Source: Gaiellaceae bacterium (GTDB lineage: Bacteria; Actinomycetota; Thermoleophilia; Gaiellales; Gaiellaceae). From it: 64,000 bases of DNA. This document shows positions 32,916 through 41,426 of this stretch, piece after piece. Within the stretch, counting starts at the first letter, position 1; each line of letters starts with the position of its first letter. A program made the translations under genes and the position numbers. The stretch lies in NCBI GenBank assembly GCA_050698015.1, contig JBOHAU010000019.1, positions 12,012-76,011 on the forward strand, written 5' to 3'. Below the pieces are notes generated by a model. The model ran no database searches. It had not been told where the DNA came from and worked only from the letters and a program-made list of their open reading frames with translations.

Positions 32916-34565
32916 TCAACGCTTCCCCGGCTTCTTCGAGCGAATCAGGTCTGCCAGAGAGCGGGTATTGACGACGTCGGCCGCCGTCGCCCACCCCCGC
33001 CTCGCCGTCCCCAGGGCGAGGACGATGTTGCCGAGCCCCCTCGTCGAGTGAGCATCCGTCGACACGACAATGGGAACGCCCGCCACGATCGCCAGGCGGA
33101 TGTGCTCGTCCTTCAGGTCGAGTCGGTCCGGGAGGCCATTCGTCTCCAGGGCCGTACCGGTCTCCGCGCACGCCTCGAACAGGCGCTCCAGGTCGACGGC
33201 GTTGGGCGGCCGCCGGTCGATCAGCCGGCCGGTGGGATGGCTGATCGCCGACACATGCGGGTTGTGAACGGCGGCAAGGGTTCGCGCGGTGAGCTGCTCC
33301 TTCGTCCCCCGCTGTCCGGCATGGACGCTCCCCATCACCCAGTCCAGCTCGGCGAGGACGGCGTCGGGTAGATCGAGGGCTCCGTCGCCTCGGATATCGC
33401 ACTCGATGCCGCGGAGGATCCGGAACGGCGCGAGCACCTCGTTCGCCGCTGCGATCTCCTCGCCCTGTCGGCGGACGTCGTCGGGCGTGAGCCCGGGGAC
33501 GACTGTCACGGAGACGGTGTGATCGCAGATCGCGAGGTACTCGTAACCGAGCTCCATCGCAGCGCGGCCCATCTCCTCGACCGTCCCGCGACCGTCCGAC
33601 CAGGTCGTGTGGCAGTGGAGGTCGCCGCGGAGGTCGGAGCGCTCGACCAGCTGCGGCGGCTCCCCGCGGAACGCCTGCTCCCGGAGCTCCGGCGGGCACC
33701 AGGGAATCCCGAGCCGCTCGTAGACCGCCTCCTCTGACGCACTCTCGGGAAGCGGCTCCAGCGCCTCGACGTAGGCCGGCGCGCCGGTGGCGCGGATCAG
33801 GCTGGTGCCTGCCGTCTCCGGCAGTGGGACGAAGAGCTCGACCGCGACGCCTTCGACCGTCACGCCCACCACGCGCCGTTCCTCCCGCTCGACCAGCGCG
33901 ACGATCTGGGGCAGCGCCTCGAAGCGCCCGATCGTCGGTCCGGGATCAGGCGCCGCGACGACGACCGCGAGGTGCTCGCAGCGGTCCCGGAAGCGGCGCG
34001 GATCTCCGGCCGGCTCCCCGCCGACCCCGGCCGCGACCTCGTGCGTCAGCGCCAGAGCTCGGTTCAGCAGCAGCGCCCGGGCCGGCCTGGTCGTCTCGGG
34101 CTCCCGGGCGAGCGCGGCACGCAGCTTTGCCTCCGTCTTCGGGCCGATGCCAGGCACCTCGCTGAGCCGTCCCGCCTCGGCCGCTTCGCGTAGCTCGTCC
34201 AGCGTGCGCACCCCGAGCGCCTCACCGATCTCGACCGAGCGCTTCGCGGAGAGGCCGAGCATGCGGCCGACGCCGACGAGGTCCGGCGAGATCCGCGCTT
34301 CCAGCTCGCGCAGTTCCTGGAGGTCACCCGTCTCGACGAGCTCGCGCAACCGCGCTTCGATCGACGGCCCGACGCCGCGGAGGTCGCGAATCCGGCCCGA
34401 GTGGACGAGATCGGCTACGGGCACCGGTGACTCGCGGATCAGGTCCGCAGCCCGCCGGTAGGCGCGAACGCTGTACGTGTTCGCGCCCGCCAGCTCGAGG
34501 AGCGTCGCGAACGCCTCGAGCTTGGCGGCGTATTCGGCGTTGTCCGGGTCGCGAGCCGAGGTCAC
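32916..34565 (-). CDS. polX: DNA polymerase/3'-5' exonuclease PolX (family X polymerase domain plus PHP domain)
   Basis: Track ORF 32916..35048 trimmed to the GTG at 34565. HhH motifs (LRGVGPSIEARL, VPGIGPKTEAKL). PHP domain: GDLHCHTTWSDG, LAICDH, GSVH, ISHP and VSTDAH. Confidence 0.85.
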   Translation of the reverse strand: MTSARDPDNAEYAAKLEAFATLLELAGANTYSVRAYRRAADLIRESPVPVADLVHSGRIRDLRGVGPSIEARLRELVETGDLQELRELEARISPDLVGVGRMLGLSAKRSVEIGEALGVRTLDELREAAEAGRLSEVPGIGPKTEAKLRAALAREPETTRPARALLLNRALALTHEVAAGVGGEPAGDPRRFRDRCEHLAVVVAAPDPGPTIGRFEALPQIVALVEREERRVVGVTVEGVAVELFVPLPETAGTSLIRATGAPAYVEALEPLPESASEEAVYERLGIPWCPPELREQAFRGEPPQLVERSDLRGDLHCHTTWSDGRGTVEEMGRAAMELGYEYLAICDHTVSVTVVPGLTPDDVRRQGEEIAAANEVLAPFRILRGIECDIRGDGALDLPDAVLAELDWVMGSVHAGQRGTKEQLTARTLAAVHNPHVSAISHPTGRLIDRRPPNAVDLERLFEACAETGTALETNGLPDRLDLKDEHIRLAIVAGVPIVVSTDAHSTRGLGNIVLALGTARRGWATAADVVNTRSLADLIRSKKPGKR

Positions 34566-34583
34566 CGGGGTAGTCTCCCCGCC

Positions 34584-35135
34584 GTGGCCAGCGTCATCGT
34601 TCCGTTTCGCGCGGAATCTGCGAAAAGCCGTCTCGAGCCACTCGACGAAGAGGCTCGCAGCGAGCTCGCGCACCGGATGCTCGCGAACGTGATCACCGCG
34701 GCGACGGTCGTCGGGCCGACGATCCTCGTCACGGAGCCCGATGCGTCCTGCGCGCGCGCCGTCGCTGCCGAGCACGGGGCGACGGTCGTGGACGATCCCG
34801 GCGACGGACAGGGCGCGGCAGTCAGTGCCGGCCTTGCCGGGGTCTCCGAATGGCCGGTGCTGGTCGTCAACGCCGACCTCCCCGACGTCCAGCCGCGGGA
34901 CCTCCTCGCCTTGCTCGGGACACTTCCGGCGAACGGGATCGCGATTGCGCCCGCTCGCGACGGGACGACCAATGCCCTCGCCCTTGCGAAGCCGGGCCTC
35001 TTCGAGCCGCTCTACGGGCGGGGCAGCGCCGCCCGCTTCCGGGCGCACGCAAAGGAGCTCGGGGTCGAGGTCGCGGAGCTGAACGCGCCGGCACTCGCTC
35101 GGGACGTGGACACGCTCGCAGCGTTCGTACGGTGA
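34584..35135 (+). CDS. cofC: Phosphoenolpyruvate/2-phospho-L-lactate guanylyltransferase (CofC/FbiD), F420 biosynthesis
   Basis: 183 aa, GTG start. Has VIVPFRAESAKSRL, PVLVVNADLPDV and ARDGTTNALAL, the typical CofC pattern. Confidence 0.8.
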   Translation: MASVIVPFRAESAKSRLEPLDEEARSELAHRMLANVITAATVVGPTILVTEPDASCARAVAAEHGATVVDDPGDGQGAAVSAGLAGVSEWPVLVVNADLPDVQPRDLLALLGTLPANGIAIAPARDGTTNALALAKPGLFEPLYGRGSAARFRAHAKELGVEVAELNAPALARDVDTLAAFVR

Positions 35136-36052
35136 ACCTCACCGTCCTTAGCGGCGGCGTCGGCGGGGCTCGGTTCGTGCAGGGCCTGCTCGATGCGGTC
35201 GACCCGACCGACGTCACGGTGATCGGAAACGTCGGCGACGACCTCGAGGTCTACGGGCTCCACGTCTCGCCCGACATCGACACCCTGCTCTATACCCTCG
35301 GCGGGCTCGCCGACGAGGATCGTGGCTGGGGGAGGGCCGACGAGACCTGGAACGCCCTGGAGACAGCTGATTCCCTCGGCGCCGAGGCGTGGTTCCAGCT
35401 CGGCGACAAGGATCTCGGCCTTCACCTCGCCCGCGCCGAGGCGCTGGAGCGAGGCGAGCGCCTCTCGGACATCACCCAGCGCTTCGCCCGGATCCTCGGG
35501 ATCACCGCCCGGATCCTGCCCGCGACCGATGAACGGCTCCGGACGTGGGTGCAGACCGACGAGGGAGAGCTGCCGTTCCAGGAGTGGTTCGTCCACCGCC
35601 GGCACGAGCCGGAGGTGCTCGGCGTCCGCTTCGAGGGCGCCGAGACCGCACGGCCGGCTCCGGGCGTGCTCGACGCGCTCGCCGAGGCCGACCTGATCGT
35701 CATCGCCCCCAGCAATCCGTTTGTCAGCATCGGACCGGTCCTGGCCGTCCAGGAGATCCGGGAAGCGCTCACCAACCGACGTGTCCCCTCCGTCGCCGTC
35801 AGTCCGCTGATCGGCGGCAAGGCGGTGAAGGGCCCGGCCGACCGGATGCTGAATCGCCTCAAAGGCGGCACGGGCCCGCTCCAAGTAACAGACTGTTACA
35901 AGGGGCTGATCGACGCGCTGGTCTACGACGAGGCCGACGGCGAGGTGGAGCTGGACGTCCGCCCGATCGTGACGAACACGCTGATGACCGACGCCGCCGC
36001 CCGCCGGCGGCTCGCCGAGGCCGCGTTGGAGGCCGCCGCGGCGCTGCGATGA
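35132..36052 (+). CDS. cofD: 2-phospho-L-lactate (or EPPG):Fo transferase (CofD/FbiA), F420 biosynthesis
   Basis: Track ORF 34850 trimmed to the GTG at 35132 (GTGA overlap with the cofC stop). Has LTVLSGGVGGARF, NVGDDLEVYGLHVSPDIDT, WFQLGDKDL, IAPSNPFVSIGP and SPLIGGKAVKGPA. Confidence 0.9.
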   Translation: MNLTVLSGGVGGARFVQGLLDAVDPTDVTVIGNVGDDLEVYGLHVSPDIDTLLYTLGGLADEDRGWGRADETWNALETADSLGAEAWFQLGDKDLGLHLARAEALERGERLSDITQRFARILGITARILPATDERLRTWVQTDEGELPFQEWFVHRRHEPEVLGVRFEGAETARPAPGVLDALAEADLIVIAPSNPFVSIGPVLAVQEIREALTNRRVPSVAVSPLIGGKAVKGPADRMLNRLKGGTGPLQVTDCYKGLIDALVYDEADGEVELDVRPIVTNTLMTDAAARRRLAEAALEAAAALR

Positions 36053-36669
36053 GGATCGCGATCATCGGCGGCACCGGCGCGTTCGGACGCGCCCTCGCGG
36101 AGGGGGTCCACGCGCTCGGCGAGGAGGTCGTGATCGGCTCGCGCGACCCGTCGCGCGCGGCCGAGATTGCCGCCGTCATCGGCGTCGAGGGAACGGGCAA
36201 CGAGAAGTCGGTCGATGGCGCCGACCTGGTGGTGCTCGCCGTGCGCTCGAACGCCGCGCTGGCGACTGCACGCGGCCTCGCGCCGGTGCTCGGGACGACG
36301 CCGCTCCTCTGCGTCGCCAGCGACCTCACGTTCACCGACCGCGGAGTGCTCCCCGGCAGGCAGTCGTACTCGCTCGCGGAGCACGTCGACCGTATCGTCG
36401 AGGGACCCGTCGCCGCCGGCCTCCAGACATTGTCGGCCGCCCACCTGACATCGACCGAACCGCCGGAGGAAGACGTCCTCGTCTGCGGCGACGACCCGCG
36501 CGCGAAGGATCCCTCGCTGGAGCTCGCCGGCCGCCTCGTCACCGGCCGAGCGATCGACGCCGGTCCCCTGGCGAACGCGCGCGCGCTGGAGGGGATGACG
36601 GCGGTGATCCTCAACGTCAACCGCCGTTACAAGGCGCACGCAGGGATCAGGCTCGTCGGACTCCCGTGA
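36049..36669 (+). CDS. NADP-dependent oxidoreductase of the F420:NADP oxidoreductase (Fno/NpdG-like, F420_oxidored) family
   Basis: ATG at 36049 (ATGA overlap with the cofD stop). Has MRIAIIGGTGAFGRALA (Rossmann), VVIGSRD and DLVVLAVRS. 206 aa. Confidence 0.7.
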   Translation: MRIAIIGGTGAFGRALAEGVHALGEEVVIGSRDPSRAAEIAAVIGVEGTGNEKSVDGADLVVLAVRSNAALATARGLAPVLGTTPLLCVASDLTFTDRGVLPGRQSYSLAEHVDRIVEGPVAAGLQTLSAAHLTSTEPPEEDVLVCGDDPRAKDPSLELAGRLVTGRAIDAGPLANARALEGMTAVILNVNRRYKAHAGIRLVGLP

Positions 36670-37373
36670 CGATCACGGTTCTCCCCGTCGAGGGGATCCC
36701 GGAGGTGCGGGCTGGAGACGACCTCGCCGAGCTGATCCGCGACGTCGCCGAGCTCGAAGAGGGGGACGTCCTCGTCGTCGCCCAGAAGGTCGTCTCCAAG
36801 GCGGAGGGACGAGTCGTCCGGCTCGAAGAGGTCGAGGCGTCAAACCAGGCCGTAAAGCTCGCCGCCGAACGCGACCCGCGTGAGCTTGAGGTCGTCCTGC
36901 GCGAGGCGGCGCGGATCGTACGCAGCCGCCCGCCGCTCGTGATCGCCGAGACGCGGCACGGGTTCGTGTGCGCGTCGGCCGGGGTCGACCATTCGAACGC
37001 TCCCGAGCGGGACACGCTCGTCCTGCTCCCCGTCGATCCCGACGCCTCGGCCCGTCGCCTCTCCGAGAGCCTCGGCGTCGCGGTCATCGTCAGCGACTCC
37101 TTCGGCCGGCCGTTCCGGCAGGGAACCACGGACGTCGCGATCGGGGTCGCCGGCCTCGAGGCGCTGCTCGACCTGCGCGGCGTTCGCGATTGGACCGGCT
37201 ATGAGCTCCGCACGACGACGATCGCGGTTGCTGACGAGATCGCCGGCGCCGCAGAGCTCGTCATGGGCAAGACGGCCGGCATCCCCGCGGCGATCGTCCG
37301 TGGCCTCGATGTCGGCGGCGACGGCAGCGGCCGCGACCTCGTCATGCCCGCCGACCGCGACCTGTTTCGATGA
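36666..37373 (+). CDS. cofE: Coenzyme F420-0:L-glutamate ligase (CofE), stand-alone form without an FbiB-type C-terminal nitroreductase domain
   Basis: 235 aa, GTG start (GTGA overlap). Has EVRAGDDLAELI, GDVLVVAQKVVSKAEGR, THGFVCASAGVDHSN, VIVSDSFGRPFRQG and ADEIAGAAELVMGK. Confidence 0.85.
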   Translation: MTITVLPVEGIPEVRAGDDLAELIRDVAELEEGDVLVVAQKVVSKAEGRVVRLEEVEASNQAVKLAAERDPRELEVVLREAARIVRSRPPLVIAETRHGFVCASAGVDHSNAPERDTLVLLPVDPDASARRLSESLGVAVIVSDSFGRPFRQGTTDVAIGVAGLEALLDLRGVRDWTGYELRTTTIAVADEIAGAAELVMGKTAGIPAAIVRGLDVGGDGSGRDLVMPADRDLFR

Positions 37374-38815
37374 GCACCCGAAGCAAGCTCCACTTCGTCG
37401 CGTCGGTCCCGGAGCGCCTGATCCGGTCGACCGCGGCGCTGCTCGGCGGCGCCGTCCACGAGACGGCCCAGCTCTTGCTTCCCCGCCTGATCCGCGTCTC
37501 GCGCCTCTACGAGGTCAGCGCCAAGAACCTCCTCCGGATCCTGGTCGAGGGCGTCGGTGCGGTCGAGGGCTCCTCCACGGCTGATCCGAACGCGCCCGCC
37601 GCCGGCGAGATCGCCGTCCGGAAGGGCGCCGGCAACGTCGTCGAGCTCGGATCGTTCCTCGCGTTCGGCTTTTCACCGCTCTGGCTGCTCGCAGCGGCGT
37701 CGGACGTCACGCGGGGGTCTCGCGTCTACCTCCGCGAGCTCGTCGAGGAGCTGAAGGCCGCGCGAATCGTCGCCGAGGAGCTCGACGTCGGGTCGGTCGA
37801 CGAGCTGCTGGCCGTGCTCGAGGGCACCTCCGGCCGCACGGCGCGCCTGATCGACCTGCCCCCGCTCGAGCTCGAGGAGCTGCGGACCTCGCTCGCGGAG
37901 CTGCGCGCGGGCGCGTCCGAGCTCCCCTCGCAGGAGGAGCTCGCCCGCGTCTACCGGGGTTTGCGCCTCGAGGCGGTCAGCGAGGATCGCTCGCTGCTCG
38001 AGGTCTCGAGCGGGATCGGCTTGGCCTTCCTGCTCTCGGCGAAGAACGTCTCGCGCACGCACCTGGTCGCGCCGTACCGGAAAGACTGGGAGCCGCTTCG
38101 CGAGGAGGGGTTCGGCGCCTACGCCAGGCGCGTCGGTCGACCTTACGCCGAGGCCGTGGCCGGGCACTTCGACTCCGACCGGGAGACCTACACGCAGTGG
38201 CTCCTGACCCGGAACGACCCCGGGACCGAGTTCCGCTTCTGCGACGAGATGGAGGGCGGCTTCGGCTGGCAGGTCGACGAACGCATGGAGCGGACGTCGC
38301 ATGCAGTCGTCGCCGAGAACGGCGTCTGGCTCTTCGACCCGCTCGTCTGGGAGCCGGCGCTCGAGCGGATCGCTGAGCTCGGAAGGCCGGCCGGTGTGAT
38401 CCAACTGCTCGATCGCCACGAGCGCGACTCCGCCACCATCGCGGCGGCGCTCGGTGTCCCGCACTTCGCAGTGCCGCCCCACGACCTGCCGGGCTCGGGC
38501 ATCGAGCTCGTTCAAGTCGTGAGCTCGCGATTCTGGCGCGAGCTCGGCGCGTGGATCCCGAGCCGCCGGACGCTCGTTTGCGCGGACGCCCTCGGCTCGG
38601 CCGCCTACTTCCACGCCGCGAACGAGCCCATCGGCGTCCACCCCCTGCTTCGGCTGAAGCCGCCGCGAGTCCTCGCCCGCTACGAGCCCGAGCACATCCT
38701 CTGCGGCCACGGCGCGGGGGTTCACGGGCCGGATGCGCCACAAGCCCTTCGCGAGGCGCTCAGAACCGCGCGCCGCCGGCTGCCGCGAGCATTGGCGCAC
38801 GCGTTCAAGCGGTAG
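37370..38815 (+). CDS. Hypothetical 481-aa two-region protein, last gene of the F420 operon
   Basis: ATG at 37370 (ATGA overlap with the cofE stop). The N-terminal roughly 270 aa is helical and Leu/Glu/Arg-rich. The C-terminal roughly 190 aa (HAVVAENGVWLFDP...IQLLDRHERDSA...LVCADALGS...ILCGHGAGV) vaguely resembles a degenerate metallo-beta-lactamase-fold pattern. No family recognised with confidence. Confidence 0.6.
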   Translation: MSTRSKLHFVASVPERLIRSTAALLGGAVHETAQLLLPRLIRVSRLYEVSAKNLLRILVEGVGAVEGSSTADPNAPAAGEIAVRKGAGNVVELGSFLAFGFSPLWLLAAASDVTRGSRVYLRELVEELKAARIVAEELDVGSVDELLAVLEGTSGRTARLIDLPPLELEELRTSLAELRAGASELPSQEELARVYRGLRLEAVSEDRSLLEVSSGIGLAFLLSAKNVSRTHLVAPYRKDWEPLREEGFGAYARRVGRPYAEAVAGHFDSDRETYTQWLLTRNDPGTEFRFCDEMEGGFGWQVDERMERTSHAVVAENGVWLFDPLVWEPALERIAELGRPAGVIQLLDRHERDSATIAAALGVPHFAVPPHDLPGSGIELVQVVSSRFWRELGAWIPSRRTLVCADALGSAAYFHAANEPIGVHPLLRLKPPRVLARYEPEHILCGHGAGVHGPDAPQALREALRTARRRLPRALAHAFKR

Positions 38816-39173
38816 GCGCGCGCCTTGCGACTCGGAGCAGCCCTCGTCGCCTCACTCGCGCTTCTCTCGGCCGCGCGGGTACTCGCTGCGCTCTAGGGAC
38901 CGCCTTCGAGCACGAAGAACCACCACGTTCCGTCGGCGAGGCGAGGTTCTCGTCGTTGAGCAGCGACGGCAGGCGGTCGTAGTCCCCGGTCTCTGCCGCG
39001 CTCAGGATGTGGGAGCGCGTCTCGGCGACCGGAGTGGGAAGTCCGCTCGGCTCGCTGTCGTCGTCCTGGCAGCCGACCGCCAACAGCGCGAGCGCCGCCA
39101 GGATCAGTGAACGCTGCCGCCAAGCGCGCGTTCCTGCGACCTGCGACGCGCCCCGCGCATTGCTCGCGTCCAT
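38805..39173 (-). CDS. Small putative lipoprotein
   Basis: Track ORF 38805..39395 trimmed to the ATG at 39173. Signal plus lipobox: RSLILAALALLAVGCQDDD. The last roughly 35 aa are Arg-rich and overlap the convergent gene. An alternative frame ends ...GTWWFFVLEGGP at 38893, so the true 3' end may involve a frameshift. Confidence 0.45.
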   Translation of the reverse strand: MDASNARGASQVAGTRAWRQRSLILAALALLAVGCQDDDSEPSGLPTPVAETRSHILSAAETGDYDRLPSLLNDENLASPTERGGSSCSKAVPRAQRVPARPREARVRRRGLLRVARRAPTA

Positions 39174-39215
39174 GCGGCGAGCGTAAAACGCGGAAGCCCT
39201 ATCGTCCACGCGCAC

Positions 39216-39881
39216 ATGAGGCTGCGCAACGACCTCGTCCGGATCCTCGACAGCTACGCGAGCCTGCTGGTGCTGCTGCTCGCGAACTTCTTCCTGCTCG
39301 AGGTCGTGGACGACCCGAGGTGGGGTGCGATCGGGAGCACGGTCCTGGCCGCGGCTGCCCTCGTCGTCGCGATCAGCGACCCCGACACCGGCCATCGGAT
39401 CACCCGGTGGCAGGGGGTCCTGATCCTCGCGTGCGTCGCGCTCGCGCCGCTCGTCCTGTTCGTCAACTCTGCGGAGCTCCTAGGCCTGACCTACCTCTTC
39501 CCGGCGGTGCTGCTCGTCACCGCCACGTTGCCCGTGACGGTGAACCGTGTGATCCACCACCGGCGGATCACGCTCGAGACCGTGCTCGGCGCGCTCTGCG
39601 CCTACGTCCTGATCGGCCTGCTGTTCGCGTTCATGTACCTGGCCGTGCACGAGCTCCGCGAGGAGCCGTTCTTCGTGCAGGCGGGCCCCCACACGCAGTC
39701 CGAGTTCCTCTACTTCAGCTTCGTCGCGCTCACGACGCTCGGCTTCGGCGACCTGTCGCCCTCGGAGGGGCTTCCCCAGGCACTGACGGTGCTGGAAGCC
39801 CTCTGCGGCCAGATCTTCCTCGTCACCCTCGTCGCCCGGCTGGTCACGCTCTGGGTTCGCCAGAGCGAGAGCGCAGGCTAG
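39216..39881 (+). CDS. Ion-channel family protein with K+-channel-type pore (TTLGFGD)
   Basis: 221 aa, about 5-6 TM. Pore helix and selectivity-filter-like sequence YFSFVALTTLGFGDLSP. Confidence 0.75.
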   Translation: MRLRNDLVRILDSYASLLVLLLANFFLLEVVDDPRWGAIGSTVLAAAALVVAISDPDTGHRITRWQGVLILACVALAPLVLFVNSAELLGLTYLFPAVLLVTATLPVTVNRVIHHRRITLETVLGALCAYVLIGLLFAFMYLAVHELREEPFFVQAGPHTQSEFLYFSFVALTTLGFGDLSPSEGLPQALTVLEALCGQIFLVTLVARLVTLWVRQSESAG

Positions 39882-39900
39882 TTCCCGACATGGCTGGGCG

Positions 39901-39919
39901 CCCGACATCGACCGTCGGG
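39901..39919 (+). terminator. Weak hairpin downstream of the channel gene
   Basis: CCCGAC-ATCGACC-GTCGGG (6-bp stem) followed by AGCGGGTTTCC, 20 nt after the stop. There is no strong U-tract. Confidence 0.2.
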
Positions 39920-39988
39920 AGCGGGTTTCCGCGCTCCGGCGGCTGTCGAAGCTCGCTCCGGCTGCGTAGCCCCGTTACCCTGTTCTCA

Positions 39989-40201
39989 ATGGCGAAGAAG
40001 CGGCAGACCTTCGGAAAGATGCAGCGCGAGCGCGAGCGCGCCGAGAAGCGCGCCCGCAAGCTGGAGAAGAAGGAAGAGAAGAAAGCGCTCGCCTTGGAGG
40101 CAGCGGAGCTCGGGATCACCGTCGAGGAGCTCGCGATACGTCGCGGTCTCACGACGCCCGACGAGCCCGAGCCCGACGAAGAGCTCGCCCCAACGCAGTA
40201 G
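39989..40201 (+). CDS. Small highly charged Lys/Glu/Arg-rich protein (70 aa)
   Basis: Tail of track ORF 39107..40201, from the ATG at 39989: MAKKRQTFGKMQRERERAEKRARKLEKKEEKKALALEAAELGITVEELAIRRGLTTPDEPEPDEELAPTQ. AAG/GAG-rich codons in a 70% GC genome argue for real coding. Confidence 0.5.
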   Translation: MAKKRQTFGKMQRERERAEKRARKLEKKEEKKALALEAAELGITVEELAIRRGLTTPDEPEPDEELAPTQ

Positions 40202-41254
40202 CTACTTCTTCAGCGCGAACAGCAAGAACTGCGTGAACTGCGACGCGGCGAAGTTGTTGTCGCTGACGAGGAGCAGCGTGCGCTTGCCGCCGCGGAGGCG
40301 CGGCCCGAACGCCATCCCCTCGATGTTGTCGAGCGGGAGCCCGAGCGCGTCGAGGTTCAGCAACAGGGTCTTGGCGGTCGAGCCGTCCTTGCGCAGCTCG
40401 GTCAGGTACAGCTTGATCTTGTTCCCCGTCCCCGGGGCGCCGACGGAGAACGACCGCTCCATCGTGATCAGACGCTTCTTGCCGAGCGGCAGGACCTCGA
40501 CGAGGCCGCTGACCGCGAACTGCGTCGGCGGGCTGGGCGGCTCGGCGACGGGGTCGACCAGGTATGTCCACTGCTGCTCGAGGTCGTCGTGCTTCAGGTC
40601 GTAGCGAAGCAGTCGCGCAGGGCTTCCGTTGGTCAGCGTCGCGGCAGGGCCGTCCTGGACGAGCGCCGCCTCGGTCCCCGTGAAGAGGTGCTTGCCTCGG
40701 GTGGCAGCCGACTCGAAGCCGAGGTTCTGCCGGACGCCGCGGGTGCCGGCGGCGTTGGGGAAGAAGTCCTCGGGCACGGGAAGGTCGGACACGTAGGTGC
40801 CGTCGAGCCGGTACTTGCGGATCCAGGGGTTGATCAGCCGCGTTGCGAAGCCCTCGGAGGTGACGATCGCCTGGCGGTTGTGCTTCGTGAGCGCGAAGCC
40901 CTCCGGGTCGAGACTTGCCGCCGGGTAGGGCGTCCCGTCGGGCTGCTTGAGGATCGTCACCGACTGGAACGTAATGTCGCCGGCGCTCAGCTGCCCGTCG
41001 GCGATGTCCGCACGCAGCCTGTAGAAGCGGGCGGTCACCTGATCGTCGGAGAGGGCATAGAAGACGCCGTGCCCGGCATGGGCGATCGACGAGAGCCCAC
41101 CGACGTTCGTTCCCTCGAAGGTCGTGCCGGTGGGGACGATCACCTGGCCGCGGAATTCGAGCTTGGGCAGATGCTTCGGTCCCTTCTTGGCGGTAGCCGC
41201 CGGTGCGAGCGCGAGTACGACGATGGCGAGCGCGAAGAACGTCCGACGAAGCAT
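40202..41254 (-). CDS. Secreted 'esterase-like activity of phytase' family protein
   Basis: Track ORF 40202..41929 trimmed to the ATG at 41254, which is preceded by GGGGAGG. Signal peptide MLRRTFFALAIVVLALAPAATA. Has GGLSSIAHAGHGVFYALSDD, DPEGFAL, NLGFES and NIEGMAF...LLLVSDNNF. Confidence 0.7.
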   Translation of the reverse strand: MLRRTFFALAIVVLALAPAATAKKGPKHLPKLEFRGQVIVPTGTTFEGTNVGGLSSIAHAGHGVFYALSDDQVTARFYRLRADIADGQLSAGDITFQSVTILKQPDGTPYPAASLDPEGFALTKHNRQAIVTSEGFATRLINPWIRKYRLDGTYVSDLPVPEDFFPNAAGTRGVRQNLGFESAATRGKHLFTGTEAALVQDGPAATLTNGSPARLLRYDLKHDDLEQQWTYLVDPVAEPPSPPTQFAVSGLVEVLPLGKKRLITMERSFSVGAPGTGNKIKLYLTELRKDGSTAKTLLLNLDALGLPLDNIEGMAFGPRLRGGKRTLLLVSDNNFAASQFTQFLLFALKK

Positions 41255-41426
41255 CTGCAACCTCCCCTGTCGCGGCTGTCGCCGTGAGCGTAGACCAGTC
41301 CGCGCCATCCGACGCGATCGTGAAAGTTCATGCGTGCCACGCCCTCCTGCGGGGTGGGCAGCGTTTGCGAATGCGCTGCCCACTGTCGAGAGCACCCATG
41401 CCGCGCGGCCTGCGAGGAGATAGGCG

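Noticed and set aside
38805-39395. 196-aa ORF as a single protein, and possible frameshift at its 3' end
   Set aside because: The N-terminal 74 aa are charged shadow sequence upstream of a good Met plus lipobox. I kept only the lipoprotein part. The alternative 3' frame (ending at 38893) is noted, but I cannot decide between the two without read data or homologues.
41355-41381. Hairpin GGGCAGCG-N9-CGCTGCCC upstream of the diguanylate cyclase, considered as a riboswitch or operator
   Set aside because: It is a single 8-bp stem in a 172-nt leader, without further conserved structure that I can recognise. That is insufficient to call a regulatory RNA.
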